NCBI GenBank assembly: GCA_963742745.1
Contig: CAVUND010000018.1
Span: 3,481-67,480, forward strand
Direction of reading: 5' to 3'
Length of the DNA: 64,000 bases
DNA from: an uncultured Actinomycetes bacterium
GTDB lineage: Bacteria; Actinomycetota; Thermoleophilia; Solirubrobacterales; Solirubrobacteraceae
Below, piece by piece: positions 59,736 to 64,000 of this stretch. How positions within the stretch are numbered: the first letter of the stretch is position 1; each line of letters begins with the position of its first letter. The position numbers and the translations under genes are program-made. The notes under the pieces were generated by a model, which did no database searches, was not told where the DNA came from, and was given only the letters and a program-made list of their open reading frames with translations.

Positions 59736-60649
59736 ACGCTCTCCCTGTCTTGAGGATCGTGAGCCTTGTGCCCCACGCTACCGAGCTGCTCTTCGCGCTC
59801 GGCCTCGGCGACGACGTCGTCGGCGTCACGCACGAATGTGACTACCCCGAAGCGGCCCTGGACCTGCCGCAGGTCACCCGCGACGTGCTCGAGCCGGGCC
59901 TGTCGCCGGCCGACATCGACGCCGCGGTGCGCGAGCGCACGGCGGCGGGGGACTCGATCTACGAGCTCGACGAGGAGCTCGTGCGCGAGCTCGAGCCCGA
60001 CCTGATCGTCACGCAGGCGCTCTGCCACGTCTGCGCGGTATCGGTCGACGAGGTGCGCGCGCTCGCTCAGGCGCTGCCGGGCCCGCCCCGCGTCATCGCC
60101 CTGGATCCCACGACCTACGGCGAGACCGTCGGCGACGTGCGCACGATCGCCCAGGCGACCGAAGCCAAGGACGCGGCGCTGGACCTCATCGCGCGCACCG
60201 CGCGGCGCGCCGACGTCGTGCGGCTGGCGGTGCGCGGGGCGCCGCGACCGCGCGTCGCGGCGCTGGAGTGGATGGACCCGGTCTTCGTGGCGGGCCACTG
60301 GACGCCGCAGCTCATCGAGATGGCGGGCGGCGAGGACGTCCTCGGCTTCGCCGGCGAGCCGTCGCGCCAGGCGACGTGGGAGGAGGTCGCCGCGGCGCAG
60401 CCGGAGATCGTGATCGTCATGCCCTGCGGCTACGACGCGGCGCGTGCGCTCGTCGAGGCCGAGGAGTTCGCCGAGCGACTGCGCGCGCTGGACGCCGACC
60501 AGGTCGTGGCGGTGAACGCGTCGGCGTACTTCTCGCGTCCCGGGCCGCGGCTCATCGACGGCCTGGAGCTGCTCGCCCACATCCTGCATCCCGACCGGGT
60601 CCCGCAGGCGCCGGGCGAGGCGCTCGTGGTGGAGCTGGAGCCGACCTGA
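59729..60649 (+). CDS. Periplasmic-binding-protein fold (cobalamin/siderophore-type) protein without an obvious signal peptide
   Basis: Motifs: RIVSLVPHATELLFALGLGDDVVGVTHECDYP ... EPDLIVTQ ... VFVAGHWTPQLIEMAGG ... VVAVNASAYFSRPGPRLIDG. The start is uncertain (ATG 59729 or TTG 59750). Confidence 0.7.
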   Translation: MPYALPVLRIVSLVPHATELLFALGLGDDVVGVTHECDYPEAALDLPQVTRDVLEPGLSPADIDAAVRERTAAGDSIYELDEELVRELEPDLIVTQALCHVCAVSVDEVRALAQALPGPPRVIALDPTTYGETVGDVRTIAQATEAKDAALDLIARTARRADVVRLAVRGAPRPRVAALEWMDPVFVAGHWTPQLIEMAGGEDVLGFAGEPSRQATWEEVAAAQPEIVIVMPCGYDAARALVEAEEFAERLRALDADQVVAVNASAYFSRPGPRLIDGLELLAHILHPDRVPQAPGEALVVELEPT

Positions 60650-60669
60650 GCGACGGGCCCCGCACCGTC

Positions 60670-61848
60670 GTGTACCTGCACTCGTCGGCGGGGCGCTATG
60701 GCGCCGACCGCCAGCTCGCGCTGCTGGCCGGCGGGCTGGACCCGGCGCGCTACTGCCCCCTCGTCGTCCTCGCGATGGACGGCGAACTGCGCGAGGACCT
60801 CGTCGCCGCGGGGGTCGAGGTCGTCGTGCGGCCGCTGGCGGTCATGCGGCGCGCCGCGATGTCGCCCGCGGGCCTGGCGCGGATCGGCGGCGCCGTCGCA
60901 CGCGACGCGGGCGGGCTGGCGCGCCTGTGCCGCGCGCGCGGGGCGGCGCTCGTCCACACGAACACGTCGGTGACGCTCGGGGGCAGCGTCGCCGGCCGCG
61001 TGGCACGGATCCCCCACGTGTGGCACCTGCGCGAGATCTACACGGGCTTCGAGCGCTACTGGCCGGCGTACCGGCGGATGCTGCTGAGCGCCGACGCGCT
61101 GCCGTGCGTCTCACAGGCGACGCGCGACCAGCTCGGTGCGACGGCGAAGGCGAGCGTCCTGCACGACGGGCTGCCGCTCGTCCCGTCGCGCAGCGAGCGC
61201 GGCGCCGCGCGCGCGGCGCTGGACCTGCCGCCCGACGCGTTCGTCGTCGCCATCCTCGGGCGCATCTCGTCGTGGAAGGGCCAGGACGTCCTGATCCGCG
61301 CGCTCGCGGCGATGGACGACGGGGCCGGTGAGGCGATCGCGCTCGTCGCGGGCGACCCGTGGCAGGGCGAGGAGCAGCGTCTGCGCGACCTCCGCGACCT
61401 GGCCGCGCAGCTCGGCGTCGCCGACCGCGTGCGCTTCGCCGGCTTTCGCTCCGACGTGGAGAACGTCTACGGCGCCGCCGACGTCGTGGCCGTCCCCTCG
61501 ACGCAGCCCGACCCGTTTCCCAACGCCGCGCTCGAGGCCGCCGCGGCCGGCTGCTGCGTCGTCGCCGCGAACCACGGTGGGTTGCCCGAGATGATCCGAG
61601 ACGGGATCACGGGACGGCTCGTGACCCCCGCCGACCCGGCGGCGCTGGCCGCTGCGCTCGCGCAGCTGCGCGCCGGCCCCGCCGCGCGCGAGCGCCTCGG
61701 CTCCGCGGCGGCCGCCGACACCCGCGCGCGCTTCGCCCCCGCGCGCCTACTCGAGCGAACGCAGGCGCTCTACGACGGGCTGCTGGCGGCGCGCGCGGCT
61801 AGTCCGCGTCGCGGCGGTACGTCGCCGCGAGGTTCTCGACGGCGGTGA
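60670..61848 (+). CDS. GT4-family glycosyltransferase
   Basis: Motifs: YLHSSAGRYGADRQL ... ILGRISSWKGQDVLI ... STQPDPFPNAALEAAAAGCCVVAANHGGLPEMIRDGITGRLV (EX7E). The start is uncertain (GTG 60670). The 3' end overlaps the convergent gene by about 50 nt. Confidence 0.8.
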   Translation: MYLHSSAGRYGADRQLALLAGGLDPARYCPLVVLAMDGELREDLVAAGVEVVVRPLAVMRRAAMSPAGLARIGGAVARDAGGLARLCRARGAALVHTNTSVTLGGSVAGRVARIPHVWHLREIYTGFERYWPAYRRMLLSADALPCVSQATRDQLGATAKASVLHDGLPLVPSRSERGAARAALDLPPDAFVVAILGRISSWKGQDVLIRALAAMDDGAGEAIALVAGDPWQGEEQRLRDLRDLAAQLGVADRVRFAGFRSDVENVYGAADVVAVPSTQPDPFPNAALEAAAAGCCVVAANHGGLPEMIRDGITGRLVTPADPAALAAALAQLRAGPAARERLGSAAAADTRARFAPARLLERTQALYDGLLAARAASPRRGGTSPRGSRRR

Positions 61849-63004
61849 CGTAGGCGTCCGAGCGGTTGTACGTGCGCAGCGCGGCGCGCCAGTCCTGCGG
61901 AGCGCCGGAGGCGCGCAGGTAGCTCGCCATCGCGGCGATCGCGTCGGACGGATCATGCGGGTCGCGCGTGCCGTCGCCGTCGCCGTCGACGCCGAAGCGC
62001 TCCCACGTGCCGGCGAGGAACTGGGCCGGCCCGCTCGCGCCGCGGCGGTTGGCGCCCGACGACACGCCGGCCTCGGCCGACTGGCCGTGGCGCGACTCGA
62101 TCGCCCCGATCGCCGCCAGGCGGGTCCAGTCCAGCCCGTAGCGCGCGCCGGCCTGGCGGTAGAGGACGAGATAGGAGCTGGGGATCTGCAGGCGCTCGGC
62201 GAGCGCATCGAAGACCACGGGCGTCCGCAGGCCGGCAGCGGCCGGCTGGCTCGCCGCGACGTCGCTCACGCCGCGGTTGGCGGCGTCGCCCCCGGGCCAG
62301 ACGAGCGTGCCGCAGACGAGCGCCGCCGAGCCGACGGTGCACGCCGCCAGCACGGCGCGACGCGGGCGCCGGAGCGGCGGGCGTGCGGCGGACGAGCCGG
62401 GCGGCACGGCCGCCGCCAGGGCCTCGGCGCGGGCCGTCGCGTCGTGCGCCGCGGCCTCGGCGCGGGCCGTCACGTCGTGCGCCGCGGCCTCGGCGCGGGC
62501 GGCGGCCCGGCGCGCGCTGTCGCGCTCGGCCTCCAGCCGCGCGGCGGTGGCGCGCAGCTCCTCCAGGCGCGCGCGCATCGGGTGCGCCTCGGGGTCCAGC
62601 GGCGCCCGCGGCGCGGCGGGGGCGGGCGCGCCGCCGGCGGGCGCTGCGAGCGCAGCCGCCGCGGACGATCGCACGACCGGCACGGGCAGCTCGAGCCGCT
62701 GTCCGCCGAGCTCGAGCCCCAGGATCTGTGCGCGGCCGGTGACGGCGAAGCCGAGCGTCATCGTCGCGCCGGTGTCCGCGCGCGCGTCGGCGCTGGCGGG
62801 CAGGGCTCGCTGGCGGCGCTCGCGCGTCCCGTCGATGAGGACGACGAGCTCGGCGTCAGCCGCCGGCTGCGGACCGGCGTCGCCGAGCTCGACGGTGACG
62901 CGCACCAGCGCAGACCGCGCGCTGACCTCGACGCGCTCGCAGCCGATCACGCGGCCGGCGGGGCTGGTGCGAGACCGTTCGGCCTCTCGTGGCAGCGCGC
63001 ACAT
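61799..63004 (-). CDS. Membrane-anchored lytic transglycosylase (SLT/MltB-like C-terminal domain) with a repeat-containing coiled-coil N-terminal region
   Basis: C-terminal region: RLAAIGAIESRHGQS ... GPAQFLAGTWERFGVDGDGDGTRDPHDPSDAIAAMASYL. TM segment AVLAACTVGSAALVCGTLVW. The N-terminal part is of unknown function. Confidence 0.75.
   Translation of the reverse strand: MCALPREAERSRTSPAGRVIGCERVEVSARSALVRVTVELGDAGPQPAADAELVVLIDGTRERRQRALPASADARADTGATMTLGFAVTGRAQILGLELGGQRLELPVPVVRSSAAAALAAPAGGAPAPAAPRAPLDPEAHPMRARLEELRATAARLEAERDSARRAAARAEAAAHDVTARAEAAAHDATARAEALAAAVPPGSSAARPPLRRPRRAVLAACTVGSAALVCGTLVWPGGDAANRGVSDVAASQPAAAGLRTPVVFDALAERLQIPSSYLVLYRQAGARYGLDWTRLAAIGAIESRHGQSAEAGVSSGANRRGASGPAQFLAGTWERFGVDGDGDGTRDPHDPSDAIAAMASYLRASGAPQDWRAALRTYNRSDAYVTAVENLAATYRRDAD
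62420..62500 (-). repeat. 33-bp in-frame tandem repeat, about 2.4 copies
   Basis: Units at 62420-62452 and 62453-62485 differ at one base, and a partial third copy follows. They encode AAAHD(V/A)TARAE repeats. Confidence 0.9.
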
Positions 63005-63040
63005 GAAAGAGCGCGTTTGTACTGCAAATCGCGAATTTCT

Positions 63041-63070
63041 CCTGCATCTGCAAGGCGCCGTGCAGATGCA
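63041..63070. repeat. Perfect 11-bp inverted repeat CTGCATCTGCA-N8-TGCAGATGCAG next to an AT-rich patch
   Basis: Read directly. It lies between the rhomboid stop (63310) and the transglycosylase start (63004). It could be a terminator or an operator. Confidence 0.6.
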
Positions 63071-63309
63071 GGTGCCCGAGCCCGCCGCCGACGACGTCAG
63101 GGCGAGGGGCCCGATTCGCGGTGCGCGCCGAGCCGGGGCCGGCAGTCCGTGGACGGGGTGTGTCGAATACCTCGCGCCCCGCGCGACCTATTCGACACAC
63201 CCCGGCGAGACCCACCCTCAGCGATGCCGTTCGCCGGCGGCCAGGCCAACGCACCGCGACAGCGCACCGACCCCGCTCCCCACCGCCGGACGTGGCGGGC
63301 GGGCGCGCG

Positions 63310-64000
63310 TCAGACGGCAGTCGCGCTCGACGCGATCGTGACGCAGGCGATCGCCAGCGCGACGCCGAGCGCGACGCAGACGCCCAGCACGGGCGTCATC
63401 GCCATGCGCCGGCGTTCGGCGACCTCGAACATGAAGTAGCCGACGATCCCGCCCGCGACGAGGCCGCCGATGTGGCCGCCGATCGAGATGTTCGGGATCA
63501 GGAACGTGATGCCGAGGTTCAGCAGCAGCGTGATGCCGAGGCCCGACTGCATCGGGTCGATGCCGCGCGCGCGCAACGCGAGGATCGCAGCGCCCATGGC
63601 CCCGAAGACCGCGCCCGACGCGCCGACGGTCACGGCGTCCGGTGAGATCAGCAGCGCGCCGAACGACCCGCCGAGCAGCGAGACGAAGTAGATCGCCGCG
63701 AAGCGCAGCTTGCCGATCTCGGGCTCGAGCAGGGTCCCGAGGAAGTACAGGAAGTACATGTTGAAGGCGAGGTGCAGGATCCCCGCGTGCAGGAAGCCGG
63801 CGCTGATGATCCGCCACCACTCGCCGTCGGCGACGAGCGGCCCGAACAGCGCGCCGTTGTTGTAGACCGAGCCGCCGCGGCCGTCGAAGCCGCCCCCGCC
63901 CGCCTGCATCGCGATGAACGCGATGACGTTGATCGCGATCAGCGTGTAGGTCAGCTGCGGGTCGCGGCGGATCGTCGCGGCGGTGCGGACCTTCGTCTTC
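63310..64000 (-). CDS. Rhomboid-family intramembrane serine protease (5' end beyond the window)
   Basis: Motifs: WWRIISAGFLHAGILHLAFNMYFLYFLG ... VGASGAVFG ... GGHIGGLVAG. The reading frame stays open upstream of the track's ATG to the window edge (TLIAINVIAFIA). Confidence 0.85.
   Translation of the reverse strand, partial: KTKVRTAATIRRDPQLTYTLIAINVIAFIAMQAGGGGFDGRGGSVYNNGALFGPLVADGEWWRIISAGFLHAGILHLAFNMYFLYFLGTLLEPEIGKLRFAAIYFVSLLGGSFGALLISPDAVTVGASGAVFGAMGAAILALRARGIDPMQSGLGITLLLNLGITFLIPNISIGGHIGGLVAGGIVGYFMFEVAERRRMAMTPVLGVCVALGVALAIACVTIASSATAV

Noticed and set aside
62420-62500. Possible CRISPR-like repeat
   Set aside because: The units are directly adjacent with no spacers, are in frame, and lie inside a coding region. 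No cas genes or other repeat-spacer arrays were seen anywhere in the window.

Overview
Very GC-rich, strongly GC3-biased sequence with Actinomycetota-like gene content. I cannot assign a genus. About 60 protein genes, one tRNA and several IS remnants are supportable.

Layout:
- (1) 1-7600: decayed accessory DNA. It holds a frameshifted epimerase, a sulfotransferase fragment, a multiply frameshifted IS110 transposase, an IS30 remnant, a second IS110 remnant, and a GAF-PP2C / RsbW-like signalling pair.
- (2) 7611-22847: the conserved lysA-hom-thrC-thrB block. Here it is split between hom and thrC by about 10.9 kb carrying two large ATP-binding LuxR (LAL) regulators, a GMC oxidoreductase, two paralogous lipoproteins, a small secreted protein and an 8-TM protein.
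- (3) 22912-40600: DUF2294, a metal ABC importer without a binding protein, lgt, and an envelope-stress neighbourhood (M23 peptidase, htpX, PspAB-like, CGNR regulator, PspAA-like, pspA). Also here: P450, xseAB and a cation/proton antiporter.
- (4) 40703-52290, the most interesting block: a tightly packed glycine/betaine-reductase-like operon on the minus strand. Order is grdE-like, grdB-like with in-frame TGA, grdC, thioredoxin, grdA with in-frame TGA, rhodanese. It is followed by katE and a complete selenocysteine decoding set (selD, tRNA-Sec, selA, selB).
- (5) 52361-64000: ordinary genes. These are an FN3 protein, thiolase/hydroxyacyl-CoA dehydrogenase, a SET-domain protein, an MFS-cNMP fusion, CNNM, PCD, GT4, a lytic transglycosylase and a rhomboid protease.

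The ORF track misses both selenoprotein read-throughs and fuses selD, tRNA-Sec and selA into one artificial 819-aa ORF. Many long track ORFs are antisense shadows or 5'-overextended, as expected at this GC content. Single-nucleotide frameshifts also occur in otherwise conserved genes (selD, M23 peptidase, PP2C phosphatase). I cannot tell from the sequence alone whether these are real or assembly indels.
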